Assembly: GCA_021200955.1 (NCBI GenBank)
Contig: JAJQFU010000111.1
Span: 214-64,213 of the forward strand
DNA length: 64,000 bases
Source of the DNA: Clostridiales bacterium
GTDB taxonomy: Bacteria > Bacillota > Clostridia > Lachnospirales > CAG-274
Reading direction: 5' to 3'
This document shows positions 16,726-26,805 of the stretch, in pieces. The notes under the pieces were generated by a model. That model was not told where the DNA came from. It did no database searches and saw only the letters and a program-made list of their open reading frames with translations. A program made the translations under genes and the position numbers. How positions within the stretch are numbered: position 1 is the stretch's first letter; each line of letters starts with the position of its first letter.

Positions 16726-19494
16726 CAGCTTACGTATAATATCTTTATTACCGGTACAACCGGATTTTTGGGAACGGAAATAATTTCAGAAATTATGAAG
16801 ACAACCGATGCAGTTGTCTGCGGCTTAGTCAGAGCCGCTTCATATTCCGAAGCTGTAGCTGTACTGTTAAATCTTTGGTATAGGCGGCCTGAACTTAAAG
16901 ACAATATCGGCAGCCGAATAATACCCGTAACGGGGGACATTGCCGAAACAAATTTAGGTATGTCAAATGCCGACCATGAAAGGCTCATATACAGTACCGA
17001 TTATATAATTCACACTGCCGCATTAACAGGCATAAATCACAGCCGTGAACAGTTTTGGAGCGTAAACGTAACAGGCACAAAGAATGTTTTGAATTTTGCC
17101 GAAGAAATACAGTCCGACCATACTTTAAAACGCTTTGCATACATATCCACATCTTATACGGCAGGAAAAAGAAAAGGTTTAATTAAAGAGGATTTTCCGA
17201 TAAACAAAGGCTTTTCAAGTTTTTATGAGGAAAGCAAATTTGAAGGGGAGATGCTTGCCTTAAAGGCGATGAAGCGGTTTCCTGTTTCGATTTTTCGCCC
17301 GGGACAAATAGTGGGAGATTCGAGAATAGGCTATGTAAAAAGCTTCAATACTCTCTACTATCCTTTGAAACTGTATTTAAAAGGGCAGATTAACATTTTT
17401 CCCATAAGAAAATCAATGCGTATTAATATGATACCCGTTGACTATGCTGCCCGTGCTGTTGTCCGGATAACTCTCAGTGACTGTGCCGAGAGGAAAATAT
17501 TTCACTTAACCGCTCCTTATTCTGCACAGCCCACCGCAGAGGAGCTTATCTGCTTTGTAAGAATGTGGGCAGAGAAAAATCTTAATATACTTTTGAAAAA
17601 GCCTTTGTTTTTGCCTGTTCCCTTTCTTGAAAAAATCGGAGCATGCTATAATCTGTCAAAACATAAAAGCTTTAAAAAGAATACTTTTGCAAATATGGTC
17701 TCTTTAGCCCCTTATTTTTCCGAGAATAAAATATTCGATACCGTCAATACGGAAAGCTTTATGGGAGAATACAGCTTGGATTTAAGCTCATATCTGCCGA
17801 AGCTTTTGACCTATGCCGCAGACAGAAGCTTTCTTAATGACAACGGAAGAACAGTATTTGAACAGATAATGTTTTTCCTTAACAGACGTAATGTACCTGT
17901 TAAATATTATGATGTGACAGCTGAGGGCATAGCCGAAAGAAATGCTTCATATGTCAGTGAGCAAATTAAACTTGCCTTAAAGGCTCTTCAGGCTCTCGGC
18001 ATAGGTTTGGGCAGCAAAGTTGCTGTCAGCGGAATTAACAGCGTATTATACTTTGTTTTGGACACTGCCATAGGCTTGTCGGGTGAAGTCAGTGTTCCAT
18101 TGTATTATACAACTCCCGCCGATGAATTAGATGAGTTGCTTAATAAAAGCGGAGCACAATGCTTTTTTGTGGGAGATATACGCATTTTATCCCATATAAG
18201 TCAAATGAAATTTAATGGAAATATAATTTCATTTGCGGAAAATGCTGCTCTTTCCTATGATTCACGTTTAATATCGTGGGAGCAGTTTCTCTCACTCGGA
18301 AAAGACCGCAGTATAATACCTGTGAAGGTTTCCTATAATGATACGGCAACACTCCGCTACACCTCCGGAACAACAGGCAGTTCCAAAGCCGTAACCTTTA
18401 CTCACGCTCAGCTTAGGTGGATGGCTGAAACCATGGCTTCTCTTCTCAGCTTCAAAAGCCGAATAAAGCCTGCGGTTTATTTGTCATTTTTGCCTATGAG
18501 CCATGTTGTAGAGGGGATTTTGGGGGCTTATACTCCTTATTATCTCGGTTCGCCTGTATCACTTTATTTTCTCAATGATTTTAACAGGCTTGCGGGAATA
18601 TTGCCGAAGGTTCGTCCCACAATTTTCTTCTCCGTTCCCAGATTTTATGAAAAGCTTTGGGACAGATTAGCTGAAACCGGATTCGGAAAGCTTTATATTT
18701 CTGCCGAAAATCCGCTTATAAAGAGTACACTGGGGCATATAATTAAAAAAATTCTTCTTAAGAAAGCCGGTTTGGACAGGTGCTCTCAGCTTATAGTAGG
18801 CTCTGCTCCGGTCAGTCAAAGGCTTTTGGAAAATTTCAGAGAGTTAGGCATAGAAATTCACAATGCCTACGGCTTAACCGAAGCCCCTCTGATTACACTG
18901 AACCGACAGGGAGAAAATGACATTTCCACAGTGGGAACACCTCTGCCCGAAACCAATGTAATACTTGCAGATGACGGCGAAATAATGGTAAGCGGCCCTC
19001 AGGTCGCCGGGGAGTATAACGGAAGTAATTCAGCCTTTCTGCATACGGGAGACTTGGGAGACTTTACGGAAAAAGGTTATCTTCAGATTATAGGACGAAA
19101 AAAAGAAATTTTGATTAACTCCTATGGGAAAAATATAAATTTGCAAAAGGTCGAAACTTTTTTAAGGGATATTCCCGAAATAAGCGAGGCTGTACTGATA
19201 GGGGAGAAAAAGCCCTATTGTACCGCATTGCTTTGGCAGGAAAACAACTCTGAACTTGATGAAAAAACACTGACCGCCGCTGTCAGAGCCGTCAATGAAA
19301 AGCTTTCACATCCCGAGCAAATAAAAAGGTATGCCCTTATGGCTGACCCGTTGAAAATTTCCTCCGGAGAGCTTACACCTAATTTGAAAATCCGCCGAAA
19401 TAATATAGCTGAAATTCATAAGCAGACAATTGACGGTCTTTATGCTGCCAAAGCAATATCTGCAGGGAACGTAATTTTTATAGGAGTGCTGTAA
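16726..19494 (+). CDS. fusion protein: N-terminal NAD-binding thioester/fatty-acyl reductase domain plus C-terminal AMP-dependent (acyl-CoA) synthetase
   Basis: The Rossmann motif ITGTTGFLG, the YEESK catalytic pair and RPGQIVGD indicate an NAD_binding_4-type reductase. The AMP-binding motifs are LRYTSGTTGSSKAV, AYGLTE, TGDLG and GRKKE. The frame is open from 16726, but the first canonical start (TTG 16768) lies inside the Rossmann motif, so the start is uncertain. Confidence 0.75.
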   Translation, partial: QLTYNIFITGTTGFLGTEIISEIMKTTDAVVCGLVRAASYSEAVAVLLNLWYRRPELKDNIGSRIIPVTGDIAETNLGMSNADHERLIYSTDYIIHTAALTGINHSREQFWSVNVTGTKNVLNFAEEIQSDHTLKRFAYISTSYTAGKRKGLIKEDFPINKGFSSFYEESKFEGEMLALKAMKRFPVSIFRPGQIVGDSRIGYVKSFNTLYYPLKLYLKGQINIFPIRKSMRINMIPVDYAARAVVRITLSDCAERKIFHLTAPYSAQPTAEELICFVRMWAEKNLNILLKKPLFLPVPFLEKIGACYNLSKHKSFKKNTFANMVSLAPYFSENKIFDTVNTESFMGEYSLDLSSYLPKLLTYAADRSFLNDNGRTVFEQIMFFLNRRNVPVKYYDVTAEGIAERNASYVSEQIKLALKALQALGIGLGSKVAVSGINSVLYFVLDTAIGLSGEVSVPLYYTTPADELDELLNKSGAQCFFVGDIRILSHISQMKFNGNIISFAENAALSYDSRLISWEQFLSLGKDRSIIPVKVSYNDTATLRYTSGTTGSSKAVTFTHAQLRWMAETMASLLSFKSRIKPAVYLSFLPMSHVVEGILGAYTPYYLGSPVSLYFLNDFNRLAGILPKVRPTIFFSVPRFYEKLWDRLAETGFGKLYISAENPLIKSTLGHIIKKILLKKAGLDRCSQLIVGSAPVSQRLLENFRELGIEIHNAYGLTEAPLITLNRQGENDISTVGTPLPETNVILADDGEIMVSGPQVAGEYNGSNSAFLHTGDLGDFTEKGYLQIIGRKKEILINSYGKNINLQKVETFLRDIPEISEAVLIGEKKPYCTALLWQENNSELDEKTLTAAVRAVNEKLSHPEQIKRYALMADPLKISSGELTPNLKIRRNNIAEIHKQTIDGLYAAKAISAGNVIFIGVL

Positions 19495-20036
19495 TGAACA
19501 AATTTATTTATAAAATATTGTCCAGAAGGCTTGGGGCATATTTCGAAATAAGAATACTTATGCGGAAAACTGCCGAAGTTTTCGGAGTAAGACCGCCTAA
19601 AACCTGCAGAGCTTCCGGCGAAGAGAAGCTGAAGCTTTATGCCCGGTTTACGGCAAGTGAAGTTATGAGGTTAATTCAAAGCGGTTATGATATTAACCAT
19701 GTGCAGCAAAAGCTGTTTAATATGGCATATAATCTGGGGAGCAGTCTGCGGCAACGGCTGAAGCCAAAAAGCAAACAGGAATGTTTTTCCGTAATTAAAC
19801 TGCTTTATAAAAATATAGGAATAGTGATAAATGAGGAATCTTTGGGAAAATTCTGTATAGAAGAATGTTTTTTCAGTGCATATTATACACCTGAAACCTG
19901 CGCTGTTATTTCCGCTGCAGATAAAGGCATTTTTGCGGGAATTTATAACGGCAAAAGGCTTAGCTTCAGTCGGCGTATTACAGAAGGGTATAATGAATGC
20001 TTGGCAAATCTTACTGACAAAAGAGCGGGCGGTTAA
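19494..20036 (+). CDS. hypothetical Cys-rich protein (possibly ATC-hydrolase-like)
   Basis: 180-aa ORF whose ATG overlaps the upstream stop (TAATG). It has conserved-looking Cys residues (CIEECFF, CAVISAAD, NECLANL). The family assignment is tentative. Confidence 0.35.
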   Translation: MNKFIYKILSRRLGAYFEIRILMRKTAEVFGVRPPKTCRASGEEKLKLYARFTASEVMRLIQSGYDINHVQQKLFNMAYNLGSSLRQRLKPKSKQECFSVIKLLYKNIGIVINEESLGKFCIEECFFSAYYTPETCAVISAADKGIFAGIYNGKRLSFSRRITEGYNECLANLTDKRAGG

Positions 20037-20037
20037 T

Positions 20038-21339
20038 ATGAAAAAAGCAATTGTAATAGGGTCAGGTGCAGGAGGGGCTATGGCGGCAAAGGAGCTTCAG
20101 GGAGATTTTAAGGTAACAATATTGGAATCTGGAACTGAATTTAAGCCCTTCGCCTTTAATATCCGCAAGCTTTCCAAGCTGAGAAAAACAGGGCTGTTTC
20201 TTGATGAACGAATGATTTCAATGCTCTTTCCGGCTATGCGTGTCCGAAAGGCTTCTTCAGGTATGGTGCTGGTCAACGGCATCTGAACAGGAGGTTCAAC
20301 CGCACTTTCCACAGGCAGCGCTCTTAGATGTGATGACAGCCTTATAAAACTGGGCATCGATTTGGACAAAGAATTTGAGGAACTTTCCCGAGAAATACCT
20401 CTGTCTTATGACCATAAACAATATTGGTCACCTACAACGAAAGCTCTCTATAATGTGTGTGAGCAGTTAGGCTTTAAGCCTAAGCCTGCCGGAAAAATGA
20501 TTGACTTTGAACTCTGCGTTCACTGCGGCCGTTGTGTACTCGGCTGCCCGACAGGGGCAAAATGGGACAGCCGCCGCTTACTGTCGAAAAGCATTGCCAA
20601 AGGAGCGGTTTTAAAAACAGGCTGCAAGGTGACAAAGCTGGGCATAGACCGAAAAAACAAAAAAGTGCATACCGTTTATGTAAAGGAAAAGGGAAAGGGA
20701 AAGAAAAAGACCTACAGCGCAGATTTAATCATATTAGCCGCCGGAGGACTGAACACGCCTGTTATTTTAAACCGTTCCGGCATAAGCTGTGAAAATACTC
20801 TGTTTGCAGATCCGCTGCTTTGTGTTGCCGCACCCTACAAAAAAGCAGAACAGGACAGACATTTTCCCATGCCCTTTCTTATGCAGAAAAACGGCTATAT
20901 GCTGTCGCCTTATATGGATTATTTAAGCTTTTTCTTCAATAAGGCTTGGCGGCTGCCATCCGATAACATATTAAGCATAATGATAAAGCTTTCGGATGCC
21001 TCCTTCGGCTCAAGCCTCAGCCGAAAGACCGAAAAAGAACTGACTGCTGCAGATAAGGAAAGACTGAAAGCCGGTGTTTCCGATTGTAAAGCAATTCTCG
21101 GCAAAATGGGTATTGCCGAAAAGGATATGTTCTTGGGAACAGTCAATGCCGGTCACCCCGGCGGAATGATGCCATTGACTTCCGAAGAATCAAGAAGCCT
21201 TCACAACAATCGTCTGCCTGAAAACCTCTACATAGCCGATGCTTCAATATTACCTAATTCTATGGGAAATCCACCTATTTGGACGATCCTCGCCCTGTCA
21301 AAACGCATAGCAAAGGTATGCAAAGCAGCTTTTAACTGA
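20038..21339 (+). CDS. FAD-dependent (GMC-like) oxidoreductase with a ferredoxin-type Cys cluster, interrupted by an in-frame TGA at 20284-20286
   Basis: The N-terminus is MKKAIVIGSGAGGAMAAKEL (dinucleotide-binding). CVHCGRCVLGCP is a 4Fe-4S motif. The C-terminus is YIADASILPNSMGNPP. The two ORF-track pieces, 20038-20286 and 20287/20362-21339, are in the same frame and are separated only by a TGA. Confidence 0.65.
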
Positions 21340-21375
21340 CAAGATAATAGCAGGTTTTTAAATATAAACATAAAA

Positions 21376-21415
21376 GCAGATAACATATAAAATTGTAGTA
21401 TGTTACCTGCTTTTT
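21376..21415 (+). terminator. rho-independent terminator
   Basis: GCAGATAACATA-N11-TATGTTACCTGC is followed by TTTTT. Confidence 0.6.
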
Positions 21416-21444
21416 GACCTGCAGAAAGGTTGTTTTGTGGTGTA

Positions 21445-22104
21445 TTATATGAAAACGAAAATTCCATTATGGTCGGATAATTCTTTGTTTTCGTTCCATT
21501 CTTTGACTTGCGGTTCTGCGTTTTTTATAAAGCTTTGGGATATAGCTATATGGTCTATACATTCACGTTTGCCGCCTGTCAGAAGCCGGATTTTGTTTTC
21601 TTCAAATGACTTAAGCAATGTATTTCTGCCGAAGGTTGTGAAATAGTAGTTGTCGGCAAAGCTGCAGTTGAAGTCTCCTATAATGCAGAGATTTTTTCCG
21701 GCATCGGCAATATTTTTAAAGTCAGCGGTTTGCTTCAGTAAATCGTCTTTAAAGGTTGGATGACGATTTCCGTATATTCCTATTATTGTCGCATATATAG
21801 TTAGATTGCCTTTTTCCGTTTCAAGCTCAATACAGATGGAGGTATATTTATCGTAGGTTTCATATTGCTGAATACATGGATAATTTGTAAAGATAGAAAC
21901 CCTGTTTTCTGTTGGCTTGTAAAGAGAAGGGTTAATTTCATAAGGTGACGGAGTTTCAAAACAGTATTTATAATTAGGCTGTACTTGTTTATCTGTTTCT
22001 GTAAGGACAAGAATATCTGCTTTTATCTGTTCACAAGCATGAAGAATTTTGTCAATATCTTTTTTATGTTTCAGTCTTTCAATGTTCCATGTAGCAATAA
22101 TCAT
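21445..22104 (-). CDS. endonuclease/exonuclease/phosphatase (EEP) family protein
   Basis: The N-terminus is MIIATWNIERL. LVLTE, IIGDFN and IDHIAIS motifs, typical of the EEP fold, are present. Confidence 0.75.
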   Translation of the reverse strand: MIIATWNIERLKHKKDIDKILHACEQIKADILVLTETDKQVQPNYKYCFETPSPYEINPSLYKPTENRVSIFTNYPCIQQYETYDKYTSICIELETEKGNLTIYATIIGIYGNRHPTFKDDLLKQTADFKNIADAGKNLCIIGDFNCSFADNYYFTTFGRNTLLKSFEENKIRLLTGGKRECIDHIAISQSFIKNAEPQVKEWNENKELSDHNGIFVFI

Positions 22105-22175
22105 ATATTAATCTCCTCGTGTGATTGCGTAACCAATTTTAATGTCGCTTTTATAAAACATCTTTTGTTAATAGA

Positions 22176-23405
22176 TTAACTGAGAAGCCAGTCGATTAAA
22201 TTCAGAGACTTGATGCCGTTGTAGGAGGTAATGTAGTTTCTGTCCATAGACAATATGATTTTTTCGTAGTTATCCCTTATCATATTCAAGGGGCGAAGTT
22301 CACGCTGACGGGTTTCCTCGGACTGCATACTTTCGGTTACCTGAATATAAATTTTGTCATTTGGTTTTTCGGCAACGAAGTCAACTTCTGTTTCGCCAAC
22401 TTTGCCAATGTATACTCTGTAGTCACGGCGGATAAGCTCAAGAAAAACAATGTTTTCGAGTATATGTCCTCTGTCGGCATCTCTGTAGCCCAGCAGCATA
22501 TTTCTGAAACCAAGGTCGATAATATAATTCTTTTCGAGTGTTTTTAGAAGCTGTTTTCCTTTTATATCATAACGGGAAACGGGATAAAAAACAAAGGCAC
22601 TGTGAAGCATTGAAATGTATCTTTCCACAGTTTTGCCTGCTATGTTTTTTCCTTTGCCTGTTTGTATATTGCCTTCGCTTGATAGAAAGTTTCCAATACT
22701 ATTGGGCGAAGTAATGCTTCCTATGTTTGAGCATAAAAACATAACTATTTTTTGCAGCGTGTTTTGCTCTGCGCCTTTGTTCCTCTGCAGAATATCTTTT
22801 AATACTACAGTTGAGTAAATTCCCTCTAAGGCTTGGTTGCTTCTTGCTTCGTTAAACCTATATTCTCTGAGAATAGGCATACCACCGAACTGTAAATATT
22901 TCTGAAATTTTTCCTCAAGAGTTACGGCAGTTTCAAAGCTGTAAAATGTCAAAAACTCCTTAAAAGAAAGGGGCAGCATAGGTATCTCGACATATCTGCC
23001 GGATAACAGGGTTGAAAATTCAGAGGAAAGCAGGTAGGCGTTTGAACCTGTAATGTATATATCCACATCATAATCAAGCCGAAAGGATTCAATTGCCTTT
23101 TCCCAATGCTCTATGGTCTGAGGTTCATCAAATATAAGATATGTTTTTCCGTCTTTGGCAATACGCTCACTTACATAGTCATAAAACTCTAAGTAGTTAT
23201 TTAAATCTCTGTATTTCAATGATTCCAAGTTCATATGAATAATATTGCTATCGGGAACACCATTTTCGGTCAAATAACCGTGGAACAAATCGAGCAGTGA
23301 AGATTTGCCGCACCTGCGAATACCGGTAACAATTTTTATTAAATCTATATCCCTGTTTTGTATAAGCTGTTTTAAATATTCCGGTCTGTTAATAAGCTCA
23401 GCCAT
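22176..23405 (-). CDS. AAA-family ATPase with a DUF4143-type C-terminal domain (second paralog)
   Basis: Walker A is GIRRCGKSS and Walker B is YLIFDEPQ. I chose the start at the ATG 8 nt downstream of AAGGAG (MAELINRPEY), which trims 15 codons from the ORF track. Confidence 0.8.
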   Translation of the reverse strand: MAELINRPEYLKQLIQNRDIDLIKIVTGIRRCGKSSLLDLFHGYLTENGVPDSNIIHMNLESLKYRDLNNYLEFYDYVSERIAKDGKTYLIFDEPQTIEHWEKAIESFRLDYDVDIYITGSNAYLLSSEFSTLLSGRYVEIPMLPLSFKEFLTFYSFETAVTLEEKFQKYLQFGGMPILREYRFNEARSNQALEGIYSTVVLKDILQRNKGAEQNTLQKIVMFLCSNIGSITSPNSIGNFLSSEGNIQTGKGKNIAGKTVERYISMLHSAFVFYPVSRYDIKGKQLLKTLEKNYIIDLGFRNMLLGYRDADRGHILENIVFLELIRRDYRVYIGKVGETEVDFVAEKPNDKIYIQVTESMQSEETRQRELRPLNMIRDNYEKIILSMDRNYITSYNGIKSLNLIDWLLS

Positions 23406-23865
23406 ATTCATCGCTCCTTTTTTCTTTATTATATCACAGAAATAGTTCATGTCAATAATATTTCAGACTTATATCTAAGAAATTTTATAATTTCTTGATG
23501 TTTTAGTCATATAAATAAAATAAATTAAGCGACTATTAAAGTTCGGCAGCTTAGATGAGTACTTAAAAAAGTTGATAAAATTTATTTGCTGTTATACCGG
23601 TTTACCATAAATTGTGCGGACTTGTTTACTTCTTCAATGAAAGCATTATAGGCAGTTATTTTTTATGCTGTATTATCATTGGTTATACACTTATTCCACG
23701 TATTATGATTCAAATACAATTCATCTGTTGTCTTTAAAAAAGATATTCTTTCATTTACTTTATATTCCTTATATAAACAAAAACACATTTTTTGTTCAAA
23801 ACTTCGCAGTGTTGGTGTATACTTTTCATTACAGTATATACAAGTTATCTCTATACGTACACCTT

Positions 23866-24162
23866 TTACCTCAAATTCTTTAAAGGTGAACTAATATAGT
23901 AATAAACATTATTATTGGGGTTGTACAATGAACTTGAATATAACTCTGTGCCTCTTAACTCTTTATCATACTTTGAATACACATTTTTAAGATCATCTTC
24001 AACTATCTTTCCATTTTTCTCTATAATATATGAGAAATCTTTATAAATTCTAGTTAATGTTTCATACTGATTATAAGTCCTATAACCTGACCTCATAGTT
24101 GGATTATAATTTCTATTTTCCTCTGGAACAAATTTTGTCATATTGTAGTAATATTCTGCCAA
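23866..24162 (-). CDS. hypothetical small Tyr/Asn-rich protein
   Basis: 98-aa ORF in a markedly AT-rich segment. I recognise no motif. Confidence 0.3.
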   Translation of the reverse strand: MAEYYYNMTKFVPEENRNYNPTMRSGYRTYNQYETLTRIYKDFSYIIEKNGKIVEDDLKNVYSKYDKELRGTELYSSSLYNPNNNVYYYISSPLKNLR

Positions 24163-24383
24163 TCTATATCAGCTCCTTAAATATTATTTTTATATTTCTA
24201 TACAATAGATATAAAGATGTAAAAAATAAATATTTTTATAGACCCCTAATAGAAACTAGTATTCTGACTATGCAAAATTATTATAGACTCCCTCTCAGAA
24301 TCCCCACTTTCTAAAAGGGAGCCTAATATTATGTTTTTATTGCACTAAAAAAGACCTCTGCCTAATGTAAAGGTCTTAATCTG

Positions 24384-25400
24384 TTAACCCATTGAAATAT
24401 TATATCCAAGTGTTCCACTATAAGTTGTGCCTGCAGTAATCCATCTAAGACCATCCCATTGATAGTAGTAATACTGTTCATATTCATATGAACCACTCCA
24501 AGTAGGAGAAGATATAGCTGTTCTATTATTTTCAACTTCATGATAATGCTCATTAATAGCACTCTGTGAAGAAGTATCTGCACATAAATAAACATATTGT
24601 AGATTATTATTTATTTGTTCATCTGCAAGACCCACATTCTTGTAAGCAGTAACTGTGTTGTACCATGAATCATAATATGCTTCACCTTCGGCGGGTCCAT
24701 TGGTTGCTGTGTAGCCCATATCAGTTGCACTATAAATTCCAATTGCCGCCAGTGCTGCATCTCCTGTGACTGTACTCGGTGTTTCTGTAGGCGTCACTGT
24801 ACCTGTACTACCATTGGTTGTGAGGTAAATATTCTTGCTGCCGTCGCTGCCTGTCTGATAGTCTACGGTTGCTCCGCAGGCTTCTGCTACTGCTCTGAAG
24901 GGAAGGTAGGTATAACCGTCACCGACTATGATAGCCTGTGTGCCCTCACTATCTATCTGACTTGCTGTTCCATCTACTATTAACATCGTACTTCCTATAG
25001 GTACTTCGATGGTTCTTCCGCTAATTGTTAAAATAGCTACCTTGTTTGTGCTGTCCCAGTCTACTGAAGCTCCTAAAAGGTTGCCTAATGCCCTGAGAGG
25101 CAGTAAAGTACGGCCTTCATCTGTAACTCTAATCGAAGTTTCATCCTCAAACTGCTCTGTCACGTTTTCTCCGTTTAAATAGATGCTAAAGCTGCTTCCG
25201 ATTTGTACATTGTCGGTTGTGTAGTTTGAGGATACATAGGATGCTGCTAATGAGCTGGCATTCGCTGCGAAGGCTGCAGTTGGTGCCATCATTCCTGTAA
25301 TCATGAAAGCTGTAAGTAAGCTTGTTACTAAACTTACAGCTCTTCTCTTTTTCTTCTGTGTCTGCGTATTACCAAACTGTGGTTTTATATTTCGTTTCAT
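24384..25400 (-). CDS. secreted protein with copper amine oxidase N-terminal-like (stalk) domains
   Basis: The signal peptide is RRAVSLVTSLLTAFMITGMMAPTAAFA. The repeats TLLPLRALGNLLGASVDWD and YTYLPFRAVAEACGATVDY are typical of Cu_amine_oxidN1 domains. Confidence 0.7.
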   Translation of the reverse strand: MKRNIKPQFGNTQTQKKKRRAVSLVTSLLTAFMITGMMAPTAAFAANASSLAASYVSSNYTTDNVQIGSSFSIYLNGENVTEQFEDETSIRVTDEGRTLLPLRALGNLLGASVDWDSTNKVAILTISGRTIEVPIGSTMLIVDGTASQIDSEGTQAIIVGDGYTYLPFRAVAEACGATVDYQTGSDGSKNIYLTTNGSTGTVTPTETPSTVTGDAALAAIGIYSATDMGYTATNGPAEGEAYYDSWYNTVTAYKNVGLADEQINNNLQYVYLCADTSSQSAINEHYHEVENNRTAISSPTWSGSYEYEQYYYYQWDGLRWITAGTTYSGTLGYNISMG

Positions 25401-25619
25401 TTTTATTGCTCCTTTCTGAAAGCTTGATTTTTAGTTATGTTTATCATTGTGTTATTGTTTCCATATGCATAAATATATTATATTATACTAAATTTATTAT
25501 TTTTTGACAACCCTTAATTCCGGAATTAAAAAATTGGATAATGTTAATTTTTCTCAATTTTTTATAATTCGCTTACTCACGACGGTGCAGGAAAGAACGG
25601 CAGGCCGGGAGGATGTAAA

Positions 25620-25826
25620 AACTTAATAAGCACATTGGAAGGCGAACCCATAAGACAGAAAGCTATGACTTTGCCGGCTGTGTTTACCGGTATGAGAAGA
25701 AGCGAAATATTAGGTGTTAAATGGGAAAATACAGACTTTGATAATAATATTATAGAGATTAACAGTGCTGTTGTATATGCTTCCGGAAAAGGAAGAATTG
25801 ACAAGAGTACTAAAACGGACAGGTAA
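25620..25826 (+). pseudogene. internal fragment of a tyrosine recombinase (phage integrase family)
   Basis: AVFTGMRRSEILGVKWENTDFDNNIIEI matches the Arg-containing box I region of integrase catalytic domains. There is no N-terminal part and no H-x-x-R / Tyr region. Confidence 0.65.
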
Positions 25827-25877
25827 ACAGAATAATTTCTATGTCCGATACTGTTGAAAAGCTTATGCTGGAATATA

Positions 25878-25930
25878 ACCAACAAAATAAGTCCTACGAT
25901 TTAAGCAGTGGGGACTTACTTTGTTGGTTA
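25878..25930 (+). mobile_element. partial copy (3' end) of the ~140-nt structured insertion element
   Basis: AAGTCC...GGGGACTTACTTTGTTGGTTA matches the third hairpin and the terminal CTTTGTTGGTTA of the full copies. Confidence 0.55.
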
Positions 25931-26198
25931 AAATACTATTCAAGGTACAATGGTGTGGTCGAAGGACGATACTATAAACACCATAGAGAACCCTCAATGG
26001 AAATCAGAGGCAGCGTACGTACTAAATTGGAAGAGGACAGCAATATTGATTTTAATTTAAAAACGTTTCTAAATGCAAAGGCTACTATGGCAGACAAAGA
26101 AGGCGTATATTATTCATGGATAACAGACCTTCCGTGTGAAAAGATAATTTTGCTTTCAGCCACAGCCAACGGAAAAGTTTATACCGAGTTCTGTCAAA

Positions 26199-26338
26199 GA
26201 CTATGCGCATTTTTGCCTTGCAAAAATACTTATGACCAACGGCATTTATCAATGCCTCAATCAGTAGGGGTTATAACCCATACTGATTAAAAAGTAAGTT
26301 CTTGCCCCCTAAAGGGCGAGAACTTACTTTGTTGGTCA
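26199..26338 (+). mobile_element. ~140-nt structured insertion element, copy 1 (MITE/PATE-like)
   Basis: It starts GACTATGCGCAT and ends CTTTGTTGGTCA. It has three hairpins: GGCAT..ATGCC, AATCAGTA..TACTGATT and AGTAAGTTCT..AGAACTTACT. The left flank is GTCAAA. Confidence 0.7.
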
Positions 26339-26805
26339 AAAACCGGAAAATAAAAAATTATTCAATAAGTGAAGTACGCTACAAGGGTTCAATATACCAA
26401 TTAACAAAATATTCCTTCAGCAGAGCTTGGATAGAACAAAATAAGGGTTTGTATGATGATGTGACAGATGTTTTCAACAAATGTACAAAAATTGAGTTTA
26501 TGAGATTTAACGAGAAAAACGAACTGCATTTCGGAAATACAGAAGGAAAAGACGGGTATAGTGATAAGAATTTGGCAATATTCGGAACTCCCCATGTCAA
26601 TGACCGTGTTTATAAGCTGCTTGCCGCATCAGTGGACTACGATATGAAGTTAGTAAACAGAAGCAGCCTAAACCATAAAATCATTAGATACGGAAGCTAC
26701 GAGTTTAAATTCTACACTTATGACGACGAGTTTCTGAAGGACATACAAATTTACTACATATCCAATGAGCTCGAACAGTCAGTGGGACGGGCCAGACTGG
26801 TCAAA

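Noticed and set aside
16503-16988. 161-aa minus-strand ORF spanning the junction of two plus-strand genes
   Set aside because: It is antisense to two well-supported coding regions and has no motif or RBS.
19876-20037. Upstream extension of the oxidoreductase ORF to 19876
   Set aside because: It overlaps the 3' end of the preceding gene in another frame. The ATG at 20038 directly precedes the dinucleotide-binding motif and follows the upstream stop by 1 nt.
20284-20340. Selenocysteine decoding of the in-frame TGA in the oxidoreductase
   Set aside because: I see no convincing SECIS-like stem-loop at the usual distance downstream. The position lies in a Gly-rich FAD-binding loop rather than a redox-active site, and GGA to TGA is a one-step nonsense change. 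I kept it as an open question in the findings but do not call it.
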